Assembly (NCBI RefSeq): GCF_964355755.1 | Contig: NC_092673.1 | Span: 29,323,648-29,387,647, forward strand | Reading direction: 5' to 3' | Source of the DNA: Antedon mediterranea | Taxonomy: Eukaryota; Animalia; Echinodermata | Length of the DNA stretch: 64,000 bases | Shown here: in pieces, positions 26,441 through 38,940 of the stretch | How positions within the stretch are numbered: the stretch's first letter is position 1 | Layout: each line of letters begins with the position of its first letter | Notes under the pieces: generated by a model | Told to the model about the DNA's origin: nothing | Databases searched by the model: none | What the model saw: the letters and a program-made list of their open reading frames with translations, nothing else | Made by a program: the position numbers and the translations under genes

Positions 26441-28126
26441 AAGATATAACTTGTAATGGACCAAAGTTAAAAGTACCTCAAATTGTTGTCATCAATTTCT
26501 TATTAAAAAAGATGCAAAGAATGTAAAACATTATATTTTTGGCTCATCCAGAATTTAAAATTCAAATAATATGTATAAATAAACAATTGTTCTGAGAATA
26601 TCTAATATCCTTCTTCAAAGCTTTGAATAATTTTCTTTGTACATAAAATACTCATTCGTCATAAAGCTCTCAGATCATTACTTATTAGTCAATGATGTTG
26701 CTGACCATTTCTGATTAGTTTGAACGGTCAGCCAGTTATGGCCAGTGGGTGGAATGAGACAACGACGGAACGTTGCATATTATACGTGATTGATGGTGAT
26801 GATTATGTGCTGATCATCGCCAGGGTTTGACCACTCTGCATCGTACATAATCACGTTCATGCATAGAAATGAATAAAAAGTGACGGTCATTTGTTATATT
26901 TTATGTGTCTGGTCAAATTATGCTTCCATGACTCATATTCATTATGTGAACATAATATGTTTTAGGAAGATATGAAATTAACAATCTATTCTAAATTACT
27001 TCTGATACATTCTCTATTAAAAATTGCAATTAAATCTTATTGTCTACTTTTTATATTCATTTTACCCCAGGCTAATGCAAAAATCCAATACAATATTTTA
27101 ATATTTGAAATTATACAAAATGTATAGATTTTTTAATGAAAATTATTTTTTATTTTCCTAAAATTTGATGTTTAATCATTATCTATTGATTTTAACAATG
27201 CACAGCATATTGTATTGTTCAATAAATGACTTCATGGTTTTGTTATAAATAATGACATTTCTATGATATTCGTTTATTAATAACTTGATTATTTAAATAA
27301 GGTATTAATGCTTCTGTTAAACCAAAAATACTGATAATAATTTACAGTAATGATAACTGTAGCAGCAGTCATTGCCCTGACTGGGCAGACGTATAAAAAC
27401 TCTTAAATCATCCTATTCTAATTATTAAGCATCTGCTTGTTAAATATATATGCATATTGAAATGCTTTATTGTTTTTGCCATTTTATTTCTCAGTTTAAT
27501 CGATGTGCCTTCAAATTAAGAATAATAATTTTCTTTTCTTAAAAAGTTATCAGATTTATAAAATATTTATTATTTACTTATTTTACAACTCCCTGTAAAT
27601 TATGTTGTATACAGTTTTGTATAAAGTGTCCATTTAAGCACATGGTGTTTATTGTAAATATTTTTTGTAAGCAACTCTGCAATAGAGTTGAACCAAGGTG
27701 CATATCTGCGAATCAAAACCACAAAAAATATGTGCCATCTTTTTGCATAATCACAATTTATTTACTTAAATTTATTGTGCTTAAATGGACGCTATATCCT
27801 GGTGCTCACAAGTGCATTCTGACTGTGTGAAGTTGTACACGTAACACATTGCTATAGCTACTGTACCCGTCCCCCACCTTGCTTGTGATGTGTAAAGGAA
27901 TAAATATTACTAACTACATGTAGAATATCATTATTTTGATATGTGTGTACAGCAGTAGTGATGATTTATGCAAAGTGCTATGTGTACCAGCTTTACCCTA
28001 TAGCACGTTCTTGTGTGCACCAGGCTACATGAAATAGTGATAACTCCTTCCTCATTTCATGAAAAAGAACTTCAAATTTAGCATAATGAATCCAAAGACA
28101 TCGCTTAAAAGCCATTGTTTTTACAG

Positions 28127-28278
28127 CCGTACAAGAAGAAAGGCAGCGTAAAGACAAATGCAGCGGGGATGGTGAGGTAGAAAGTACGAGTGGGTCAAAC
28201 AATGACATGCCAGTTGAGAAGATATTGGAAGCTGAAATGGCCGTAGAACCAAATACAGATACGTATGTTGACACACAG
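28127..28278 (+). CDS. RXR: RXR exon: T-box, hinge and helix 1 (not in the ORF track)
   Basis: ttacag|CCGTA gives [51 protein letters not shown]. Ends at CAG|gcaagt (GC donor), phase 0. Confidence 0.95.
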
Positions 28279-28437
28279 GCAAGTCACACTCTATGCTCAA
28301 CATTTTTTTTGATCATAAAAATTTGATATTTAAGTTATTAGTAGAAAGCGTTAAATATTAAAATACCCAATTCTAAAGTTTGTTCATTTTGCTTGGTTGT
28401 GGAATAATGGTTAGTGAGTGGGTCAATGTTTTGAGAT

Positions 28438-28597
28438 AGTATAGTCGTTATCTCGGGACCGTTCTATGGCCACCACCAGGTAGCCTTACTTCGTTAAGGC
28501 TTCTATGAATGGATGTACTGGTTGGGAGCAGGAACGCTAGTAGACCAAAACCAGTACCGTTTTGATTACAATCAATCGGGAAATTACCTCATGACGT
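28438..28597. mobile_element. Unclassified 160-bp interspersed element, solo copy in an RXR intron
   Basis: Near-identical to the cores at 53434-53592 (inverted), 53963-54121, 54300-54458 and 55272-55430. Confidence 0.8.
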
Positions 28598-29104
28598 AAA
28601 ATCACCAGAGACAGACTGCCAAAAAGAATTTTCTGAAGTTTGAGTCTATGGATCAATTTTTAAGTAGTTAAATATAATATAAAATATTACTACTAATTCT
28701 AACAGCGACTAGTGTTAAAGAAGGAAAGACTTTTTTGAACATGAAGCTAAATCTGTTACAAGCCCACTGATGCAAAACAGTGTAAATTTGATAAAAGAGC
28801 TTTTATTATTAAATTTTGTTTAAATAAATCTTTTCTACAAATTCTAATATATCTCTAAATATCATAATGCATAATTCATTTGTAACATGTGGACATGTTC
28901 GAATACCCAGTGGAACGTCTCTTCAACTCAACAATCTGTCAGCAAATAAATCTAATCATAGTCATATTAAATTTACTAATGCTCTTTAAAATGTTATAAA
29001 ATTCATGAAAAACAAAATATATTGTTCCTTTATTCTCTATTGAAAGATAGAATAATGATATAAATCTTTAAATATGTCCATATTCATGTTTACATTTAGC
29101 CTAA

Positions 29105-29258
29105 AAGGACCTCATTGGAAACAAGTCCGTAGAGGACTTTTATGAGTTATCCTTGGCATCCTTGTTTTATTTTGGTATTTTTATATTTGCCAATTTTAAT
29201 TGTATGTCTGTGATATTTTATGTACTGATGCCGAAATAAATCAAATCAAATCAAATCC
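29105..29258 (+). mobile_element. LINE (CR1/L2-group-like) 3' end
   Basis: ggacctcattggaaacaagtcc...tttatgagttatcc, a T-rich UTR, AATAAA and an (AAATC)n tail. Confidence 0.55.
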
Positions 29259-30117
29259 TAATTACTGGCTTATACTGGCAAAGATGTATTGTATCACAAA
29301 CATCAAAAATATTATTTTTAATAATTAATTCACGTTCGCAGAAAGAAAAAAAAAAGAGAAAAATATATCAATTTCACAATAAAGTTTTCGTAGAAATATG
29401 AGAGTATAATGTACCAGTAAATATAATGTAGTATTACGACTTTAGTGGACGCATATTGTGTACTGTGTATTAATAGTTGTTTACACTAACAGTATAAATT
29501 TTTTGCTAAACCTCATTATTCAAAGACAATTTGCTTGTTATTTTTATTTTTGTATGAAAATGTAGATCTAAAAATATAAAAACACATATAAATTTAACAA
29601 AAAGAAAAGCCTAAATTAATAGTTAATCTAATCTATAGATTAGCAGCAGCAGTGTTAACATATTTATGGACAATATTCTTAAACTTAGAAAAGGTACAAT
29701 AAAAGATATCTAATTCAGGATTTTTACAAACACAGTTCCTACAAAAAAAATACCATTTTTACAGACATTAACACGGGAAAATTGTAATTGTAACCTGTTT
29801 TATTTGTTTTGGGTATTTTCCGCTGACTATTACTGCAAGTTATTTATCTGAATAATACTATATTTTTGTTTCAAATGAATCTTTATATTATTGATTCAAA
29901 CTGTTAGTTTACGTGTAGTCTTTTAAAATTTGAATTTGACGTCAAAATCAATTAATCAGTGCGATTAAGTTTGGTGTTAAACATGACAATATTAACATAT
30001 TCAGAATATTGCTTGTTGTCAGGTTTGTCAGATGAACAAACATTTTAAATTATAACGACGTTGTTATACAATAATATTCATGATAAATTCTATATAATGA
30101 AAAGTATTTGTCTTTAA

Positions 30118-30299
30118 AGATCTGTCTATACTATCAAACTTTATGTGACAACAAATGTGATGTGCCCATATATGGATATGATGATGTCATATCACTACCA
30201 TATTTAGGCATATCACTACCATAATTGGGCATATCAATACCATATTTAGGCACATCACACTTTTGTTGTCTAACTAATTTGATAGTGTAGACAAGAGCT
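30118..30299. mobile_element. MITE family A, copy 3
   Basis: TIRs with TAA/TAA target duplication and about 20-nt internal repeats. Confidence 0.85.
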
Positions 30300-31098
30300 T
30301 AATTCCATGAAATAATGAAACAAAAATGTAGTAATTGTCTTGTGAAAACATTAATTCTATGTCAGATTTAAAAAAAAAAAAAATGATAAAGATATCCAAT
30401 TACTTGCCTATGGAAAACTGATTTTTAATATCAATGCAATATTCCTATGGGAAATTTACATGCATGGAAACATTGATGGCATTTGAAAAAGATACGGCGT
30501 TTATTATTATTTATTATTGTGCGAATTTTATTTTTCAAAATTCATTGCATTTTCATCTATTTATTTATCTTTTCCCTTCTTTTTAAATTTCGTTTCCAAG
30601 TTTGTTCTCTTCCCTTCTTTTTTCTTTCCTCTGATTTTCCTTCATCCCTCTTTTCTTCCTTCCTCTTATTTATATTTATATATTATTCTTATATATCATT
30701 TATTTTTCTTTTGGCCTCTTCTTTTTTTCTTTCCTCTCTATCTTTTTAATCCCTCTTTCCTCTCTCTCCCCCTCTATCTTCCATTTGTTATGTTTAAGAT
30801 CATCAATAATAATAATAATATATAATTTATTTGTTATTGTTCTACCTACCTCTTCACCTGTCTTCAAAGAATCTCCAATATTTAGGATGTCTTGATTCTA
30901 CCTGATTGGTTTTGTTTTCTAAAGAATGGTATTGTAAAGGTTTTATGACAAAACTAATAAAAACATTGTATTTTTTTTATAAACACAAATATTTAAATAT
31001 TTCTACTTAAATAAACAAAATTCAAATTAGTTGGCATAATTAAATTTGTAATTATTAGAAATATAACAATGGGATTGATTGTGTAGCTACAGTATTTA

Positions 31099-31252
31099 AG
31101 CCAATTTACACAGATAAGCTGTAGATTGTCCCGCATAAAATACCGTACTATCCTCAGCGGAAAACTGCCTGTCTGCTTTCCGCTTTGTGTAAATGGTCAT
31201 AAGGAATAACATATTTGTTTTACCATTACCTCTCGTCTGTGTAAATTGGCCT
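31099..31252. mobile_element. Small Harbinger-like MITE
   Basis: TIRs GCCAATTTACACAGA / TCTGTGTAAATTGGC, flanked by TTA. Confidence 0.7.
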
Positions 31253-31254
31253 TT

Positions 31255-31503
31255 AGTATGAAATGCCGTTTACGCAACATTTCGATAATATGAATTTTAA
31301 GACGCGATATGTGAATGAAATGCCTCGATGCATTCAAAACATTTCATTCAAAACATTTTATTCAAAACAATTCATTCAAAACATTCAATTCAAAACGTTT
31401 TATTCACATATCGCGCCATTTAATTCATATCGATGCATTTCATTCACATATCGCGTCATAAAATTCATATCATCGAAATGTTGCGTAAACGGGGTTTCAT
31501 ACT
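31255..31503. mobile_element. Foldback/MITE element with about 75-bp inverted arms
   Basis: AGTATGAAATGCCGTTTACGCAACATTTCGAT... and its reverse complement, around (attcaaaacatt)n repeats. Confidence 0.75.
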
Positions 31504-32568
31504 TTAGTGTTTTACAGATGAATTGTAACCTACGAAGAAGACAAAAATGTCTATTCAGATTTTGCCTGTTTAGTGTTATTGATACTCTTTTATTTTCAAT
31601 AAATACAACATACATGAGTCTCATTCATGTCATGAACCCGGTCTTCCTCCCTTATGTATAGTCATACCTTTATTACTGATTTATGTATGGGAAAATAGGT
31701 TGGGATTGCTGCGGTATAGTTCCTGCCTTCACATTACTAACCTTTATCCTAGATCCTTCACTCTGAATTTACATTCTATATTCTAATAATGTTTTTATTT
31801 GGCCCCTCATGACATAGATAATCATACTACTTTACCTTCAGTTTACATTCAAGTGTGCACATTCAGAGCATGTCTAGTAGTTTTTATTAACAAATTGAAA
31901 TGTATTTTTTATATAATTTAACATAAAGTTATAAATATTATTGTTTTATTTATTGTTCAAAAGGTCATTTATTATAGGTCAAAGACAAAATACAAACCAT
32001 GTACGCTTTCGGCTAGCTGGTAGTAAACTAAACCCTATTACAAAATACATATTCCTTTGTTAACACTATAGTATAGGCAAGCCATCTTTTTGCCCAAGGG
32101 TGTATGAAAAATTACATAATTAATATATCAAGATCTGTGCTATAAGTGATATTGTAGTTTTGTATAGTAAAGCTACTCGTTTAGTTGGCCGGTACTGTGG
32201 TTATTTTACATATGTCTACCATCAATTTTTATTTTGAATTTTATTGTCTTTTTATTTTATGCACTGTATTCAAGTACTATAATATGTTAAGAGTTCAGCG
32301 GTTTCTGGTTGTAGTGGTGTGGGTGCTGTGTGTGTGTGTGTGTGTGTGTAAAGGGGGGGGGGGGGGTTAGGGGGGTTGCAAAAATTCTAAATGCTGAACT
32401 AACCTGTATCTTAACCCGTGTATCTTGTTTTTGACCGCACCCCCTTTCCCCAGCCTACGCCCCTGTTTAACCATGCTCAATTGAAAATAAATATATCAAG
32501 TGGTACTTGGCCTCAATTCTTTGATTGCATATTTATTATAATAATATTAATTCAATTACATTTCACAG

Positions 32569-32695
32569 AATGACCCAGTGACCAATATATGCCAAGCAGC
32601 AGATAAGCAGTTGTTTACATTAGTGGAGTGGGCAAAGAGGATTCCTCATTTCTCAGAACTAATTCTTGACGATCAGGTGACACTTCTCAGAGCAG
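32569..32695 (+). CDS. RXR: RXR exon: LBD helices 3-4 (not in the ORF track)
   Basis: tcacag|AATGAC to GCAG|gtaat, phase 0/1. [42 protein letters not shown]. Confidence 0.97.
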
Positions 32696-32735
32696 GTAAT
32701 ATATTATTATGCAACAGCTGAATTACATTGTCTTA

Positions 32736-32958
32736 AGCCTTGTCTGCCCATATATGGACATGATTATGGCATATCACTACCATATTTGGGAATATCACTA
32801 CCATATTTGGGTACTAGTTTGATATGTGACAAAAAAAATGTGATGTGTCCATATGGACATGATGATGTCATATCACTACCATATTTAGGAATATCACTAC
32901 CATATTTGGCCACATCACACTTTTTTTGTCAAACTTATTTGATAGTGTAGACAGAGCC
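32736..32958. mobile_element. MITE family A, copy 4 (rearranged)
   Basis: Right TIR tttgatagtgtagacagagc and duplicated internal tatcactaccatattt repeats. Confidence 0.75.
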
Positions 32959-33892
32959 ATAGTTATAGAGAAAATGGTGGTAAAGCTTATTGCTTATTTT
33001 AACACCATGTATTTATTTACGCCAGAAGAAGTGTTGATGTATTTTAATGAAAAATATCAATGTTTGATGCATTAAAGCCAGAATTTCTTGTCATAGTAAT
33101 CCTCATACTAGGTTTAGAGTCACATGAAAGAAATATCAATTGGGTATATTATACAGACATGTAGTATTTTTGGTTGTTCATTTAAAATTAAACTGAATAT
33201 GATGCATTTTATTTGTACCATGCACGTACAGTACACAGACATTTAAGAATTAGAGAAAAAAAAAGATATTTTGCCTGTTTCTTCTTTTCAATTAGAATAT
33301 AATAGCGATACATTGTGTTATGCTAGGCCATTAAATGTACATATAATAATGTTGAACATTCTAATAAGCCTTAAGAAATATTATGTTTTATAAAGACATC
33401 ATTGGCTAAATCAGACATCTTTATGAATAAATATTACAGATAGGCTACTTAATTCATACATTATGTGCCTGTTAAAACAAGATGAATCTTATGCATTACG
33501 ACTACAATTTTATCTCGTCATTCTTATGGAAACGTAAAGCCGTCTGCTAATCCTGCAGTGATTAAGATACGTAACATGAACATCGTCTGCAGCTCCTGAA
33601 TTCACACACAATACTTGTAGTAAAGTACAAATCATGTCATTTATTCTAGTCGATAAATATTCGTCATTTGTAAGGAATATGATTTCTTAACTCTATGAAA
33701 TTTTCTAGAATATGTATGTCAAGTAAAGTCAAGCTACAGTATATGTGCTACAGTACTGTAAATTGTGAAATATATTTATTTGATTGGTTGTTTTATTTCA
33801 TTTCAAAACATAAAATTATAGTTGAACAGTATTAACATTAATGTTATTTACTTAAATTACAATACCATATAATTTATTTAGTATAATCACAT

Positions 33893-34182
33893 GTTCAAGT
33901 AGAATCCCACCCCCTAAGTTAGTTAGATGCAGACAACATCCATGCAATCCAGGTAGAATCCCATCCCCTAAGTTAGTTAAATTCAGACACCATCCATACA
34001 ATCCAAGTAGAATCCCATCCCCTAAGTTAGTTAGATGCAGACACCATCCATGCAATCCAGGTAGAATCCCATCCCCTAAGTTAGTTAAATTCAGACACCA
34101 TCCATACAATCCAAGTAGAATCCTACCCCCTAAGTTGGTTAGATGCAGACACCATCCATGCAATCCAGGTAGAATCCCACCT
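33893..34182. repeat. 57-bp tandem repeat with alternating A/B variants
   Basis: About 5 units of gtagaatcccatcccctaagttagtta..., alternating gatgcag/catgcaatccagg with aattcag/catacaatccaag. Confidence 0.92.
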
Positions 34183-37100
34183 ATAATTTTCACCAAATTC
34201 TATACCCAGACTCATACAGTATTAGAAATTTGGAGCACCAGGAATATTTCAATAAACGATAATATATTTTTAGTTTCTATTTTTAACTGATGGTCATCTA
34301 TGTCCACTAGATATTTATTACTGTGTTGTTATTTCAGTTATTCATGGTATTATTACATGACACCATATTTGGCTTTTTTTAATTAGGTTTTCGACTTTAA
34401 TTCCAGACAAATATTTATTGTTATGCATCCTTTAATAAGACGAGCTTTAGTACCAATCATATTCTTTACTGTCAACAGTTGAGTAATAAACATGCTTTGT
34501 TAGTCATAGTGAATCAATACAATTATTCATATTTCCCAACTCTATTCATTTCATACCTCTACCAGTACCACCATTAGTTTTTTGTATCATTTTAAGATAT
34601 CGTTTCAAATCTGTTATTATACATCTCCTGTGCTGTCTACTAATATGCTACATATTGTTCCTGTATGTATTCATGCCTTGAAGTTCAGAGACAGAATTCT
34701 GTCATTACCCACAATATAAATTGAAAGTCCATCAACAAAATAAAAAGTCTGCTATTTTTATTAGTTATACAGCTGTATGGCTGAACACAGCTTTTTGTTC
34801 TTCTTTGTTCTTTAAGTTTGTACAAGTACCAACCAGATTAGTTTTATTCGTATAACGTTATTGTCTTCTTGTTGTATCGTGCCGGATATGTTACTCTTAG
34901 AATTGTGCAACCGACGCAACAAAAAAAGATTCTTTAAAAATCTAAAACATAAAGAATAATGCACTTAAAGAGATTCTTAGACTCACATTCACAATTGAAT
35001 TTATTTGAACATAATACACTGTCTGGAATGTTGGCAGCCATGACAGTTTAACAAAAGTAAAATAGTTACAAACAGAATTTAAAATGGAAAAAGGATGAAA
35101 TACACTTCCTTTTGCAGTAAAATAGAATTTATAAACTGCAATGAACCTTATAGAATTCAAGAAATTGGTTTAAATAAAGTTGAATTGAATTTTTTTTTAA
35201 TTTCAGCATCATCTTCAGTTTGTTACACTTTCAAAGTAATTGTTATAATAATAGATTGAAAAAAAACATAAAAACAAAAATGACACATGTTATACAACCA
35301 TGTTGGTAAAATACATTATTTATGTCTTCAAGTAATTACATACAAGCCACATTAATACAAGCATTACCAGTATTATAACAAAAAGAAAACATTATACACG
35401 TTTTAATTATAACTTTACGTCGTATTAGATCGTCTGTCTCCAAAGACATGCCGCCAATAATGTACTTTATTACAGTCAACAATATTTTAAAAATAATAAT
35501 ATGATGAAAGAATCGATAATCACATGGAATATTGTTTTTCTTGTACACACTTACGCTAGATTGCGATTACGGATTACACCACATTACACCAACAGTTCAT
35601 TATGGAATAATTTCTTAATGTATTGATGACTGAGGCATATCCTTATTTATCGGCATTCTCAAAGTGAAGTAAATTACACCAGTATTGCTGATGCGACGGT
35701 GGCGTGTACTTGAGTAGCATGACTATACTGTGTGTATTCGTTTTAAAAAAGTGCACCGTTCCTTCAATTGGAGTTTCGACATTAATAACATTTTACACAA
35801 AGCATCTTTAATAAATCTTCTAATTTTCTTTAAAATGGACATAAACTAAATAAGAAATTTTAAATTTTAATCTAGGGAATTGCAGATCTACAATTAAATA
35901 TTTTACTATTTAGTAATCCAAATAAATAATTTGTTTGCTTTACAAATCCATGTGCAGACAGTGTTCAAAACTCTGCATAGTAAGATTAAATTGATTATTT
36001 ATATTAAACCATAAAGTTAAAAAAAATAACATAATAAATACATAGACAGTTTTTTATCTGAATTTGATTATTACTATTTGAATACTATGTATAATCATGG
36101 AGAAATAAGTTAGTTCTCCATGGTATAATCATTTTCGTCACAACAATACATGATTGATTTTGTATGATTACAAATTATTTATTTTAATCCATAAAAAAAA
36201 AACATAATAATAATAATTTTTTTCTGAATTTGATTATTATAAATTGAATATGATATTTTTTGTCACAACAATACACGGTTAATTTTGTTGATTACAAATG
36301 ATTGCAAATTATTTATTTTAAACCATAAAGTAATTTTGTATGTACTTTCTATTAATCTGAGATTGTGCATAAAGTTATATATAAAAAAAAAAACAGTTTA
36401 CCACATAAACAGTTTTTTTTTCTAAATTTGATTGTTACTACAGTATTTGAATATGATAATTTTCATGTTAACAATACAGGGTTAATTTCATTGTTTTAAA
36501 CAATAAAGTATAAAAAAAACAACAGTTACTGCATAAACATTTTTTTTGTCCGAATTTGATTATTACTACGTGATTAATATATTCTGAATTTAAAAAAAAG
36601 CAAAACAAGATTACACTTGTGAATAAAAAAAAATACATTTATTATGTAAACTGTTTGGAATAGTTGCGGCTTGTTATTGTGAATGCTGAATAATTGTGAG
36701 TTGTTTTTACTATGTACTTGGTTGTCGTTGTCGTCTTAATGAAGCTTTGTGACTGCTATCGGCAACATCCGCTGTTATTTACACAGACTTGCTCTTAAAG
36801 TATGATTAAATAGCAAACGCCAAAAATCAGTAGCATTCTATAATGTTTGTGATAATTCTTTCGTCCAAAAACAAAAAAATAGTAACAAATTCATTGCCAG
36901 ATTTACAGATTTATTAAATTTAACACCAAGTATGTTGCTAAAATTTGTAGAATTTTATATTGTTCATGATAATAACATATTTGGGGTTTTTATTTCATCC
37001 AAAAACAAACAAATACTTGCCAGATTTACAGCATTATTAAATTTGAAAGTACTGTTTTAACAAAAATTGGTAATTTTCAAGATAACATTTTTTGTCTGTT

Positions 37101-37469
37101 ATATGCTTATGAATGCCTAATATATTTATTTCATTCAAAAAGAAAAAAAATAAATTCATTGCCAGATTATCATTACATTTACAAAAAAATATAATTATTC
37201 CTACATTAGTTTAAGTATGGAATTTACAATCAATTATTTTTACAAATTAAAATTTGAATAAACAAATGCTAATTGCACTGATGGTGGTGCCTGTTATTAT
37301 AACTTATGTTGTTTGCTTTCAAAACATAAATATACTTATGGCTTTAAATAACCCTGGTTAAGTTCATCACAAGATACTGAACACTGATTTTATGAACTAC
37401 TGTTAAACTTTGAGTGAGCAAACGTTAAGACTGAGTAGCCACGCTCGTATTCACAGCTGCCAGGCAAGG

Positions 37470-37716
37470 CAATAACCTCCGTCAGGCGTGGAAATCACCC
37501 TTTCCCAATGCTTCAATCACCTCTGCCAGGCCCAGAAATCACCTCTGCGGCCAGGCATGACAATCACCTCTACTAGGCCTAGAAATCACCTCTGCGGCCA
37601 GGCATGACAATCACCTCTGCTAGGCCTAGAAATCACCTCTGCGACCAGGCATGGAAATCACCTCCGCTAGGCCTAGAAATCACTTCTGCGGCCAGGCATG
37701 ACAGTCACCTCTGCCA
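37470..37716. repeat. GC-rich tandem repeat, 45-bp unit made of 21- and 24-nt subunits
   Basis: aatcacctctgc repeated with alternating taggcctaga / ggccaggcatgac. Confidence 0.88.
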
Positions 37717-38715
37717 TCCACGGTAATTTTCTGCCGGTTATTGAAAGAGGTGGTCTAGTTGCCTTCTTTGACTGTCACGCCATTTGATTCTAAAACAAGT
37801 TGCTGTTAAACCTAGTCACAAATTACAATTTCCCATGAATAATAATAATAGTAATCTGAGAAACACAATCTGGTAAATCTGGTGTATAATAATTGGTAAC
37901 ATCAAGCAGGATATTTGATATTAGATAATATAAAAATAATTTTTACAAGATTTATTTTGTACACGATTCAGACAGGTTTTGTATGTAGGATGGATATTGA
38001 CAGGTTATGTTGTGACCTTAGACAAACCCTGGGGAGTTGATAGGAAGTTATGCCGGATATGGGGCTGGGGCTTAAATCTAATACCTCCCTCTCCATTTAC
38101 TGGGTTTAATTTAATTTTGTTGTTGTTTTTCGAGGGTTATTTTTAGCAATTTGTGTCAATGAGTTTTGAAGGTTTTCATTAAATGGCAATTAAATTATTT
38201 GATTTAGAATAAGATAGCAAATTAAGTGCAGAATGATTTATCATGTTAAATTAAAATATGTTTGTAAAAGTTGACATGTTCTTGTATGTTGATTGCAATC
38301 AACTTGGGGTGTACTATCATGAATAGGGCTTCCAGAACAAAACTTACATTGATTTCCTATTAAAACCGTAATCTTTTGACTGTATTATTATATTTTATGT
38401 GATGTGAAATTGAAAAAACTATATATTAAGTTTAATAAAAAAAAAACACCTTCTTGTAAACACTCTTATTCAGGGTACACCACTTTTAAGGGCAATATGT
38501 TAAAAGATTACGTTGACAACTACTCATGGGACACTGTTGGTTTCCGAAGGTGTCTTCTACTACTGTGATTAGACAACCCTACTATAAAGAAGACAATCAT
38601 TTTGGTTCCTGAAGGTGTCTATAGAGGTTTTAGCGCAATCAGCTTCTCATAATAACTTGAGCTTAAGTATTTTTAACAATATTTTCAAATTATTCCAATT
38701 TCTAATATTTTTCAG

Positions 38716-38940
38716 GATGGAATGAGTTGTTGATTGCTGCATTTTCACATCGTTCAATTGCTGTGACAAATGGTATTCTGCTTGCGACCGGCTTGCACGT
38801 ACACAGAAACAGCGCCCACACCGCTGGAGTGGGAACTATATTTGATAGAGTACTCACGGAACTTGTAGCCAAGATGAGGGAGATGAGGATGGATAAGACG
38901 GAACTCGGCTGCCTCAGGGCAATTGTCCTTTTCAATCCAG
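38716..38940 (+). CDS. RXR: RXR exon: LBD helices 5-8
   Basis: ttcag|GATGG to CCAG|gtaaa, phase 1/1. [14 protein letters not shown]...[17 protein letters not shown]. Confidence 0.98.

Noticed and set aside
27993-28303. Minus-strand ORFs (also 38702-38965, 41755-42009, 55505-55795, 56146-56514, 56976-57299, 60943-61143)
   Set aside because: They are antisense shadows of real + strand exons.
28438-28597. Hammerhead or HDV-like ribozyme in the 160-bp element
   Set aside because: No CUGANGA/GAAA core on either strand, and the HDV pseudoknot order could not be fitted by eye.
30483-30825. Phe/Leu/Ser-rich ORFs resembling membrane proteins
   Set aside because: Translation of a low-complexity pyrimidine tract.
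33852-34196. 114-aa ORF with LRR-looking repeats (LTNLGDGILPGL)
   Set aside because: It is the product of a 57-bp tandem repeat, antisense in an RXR intron, with no other exons.
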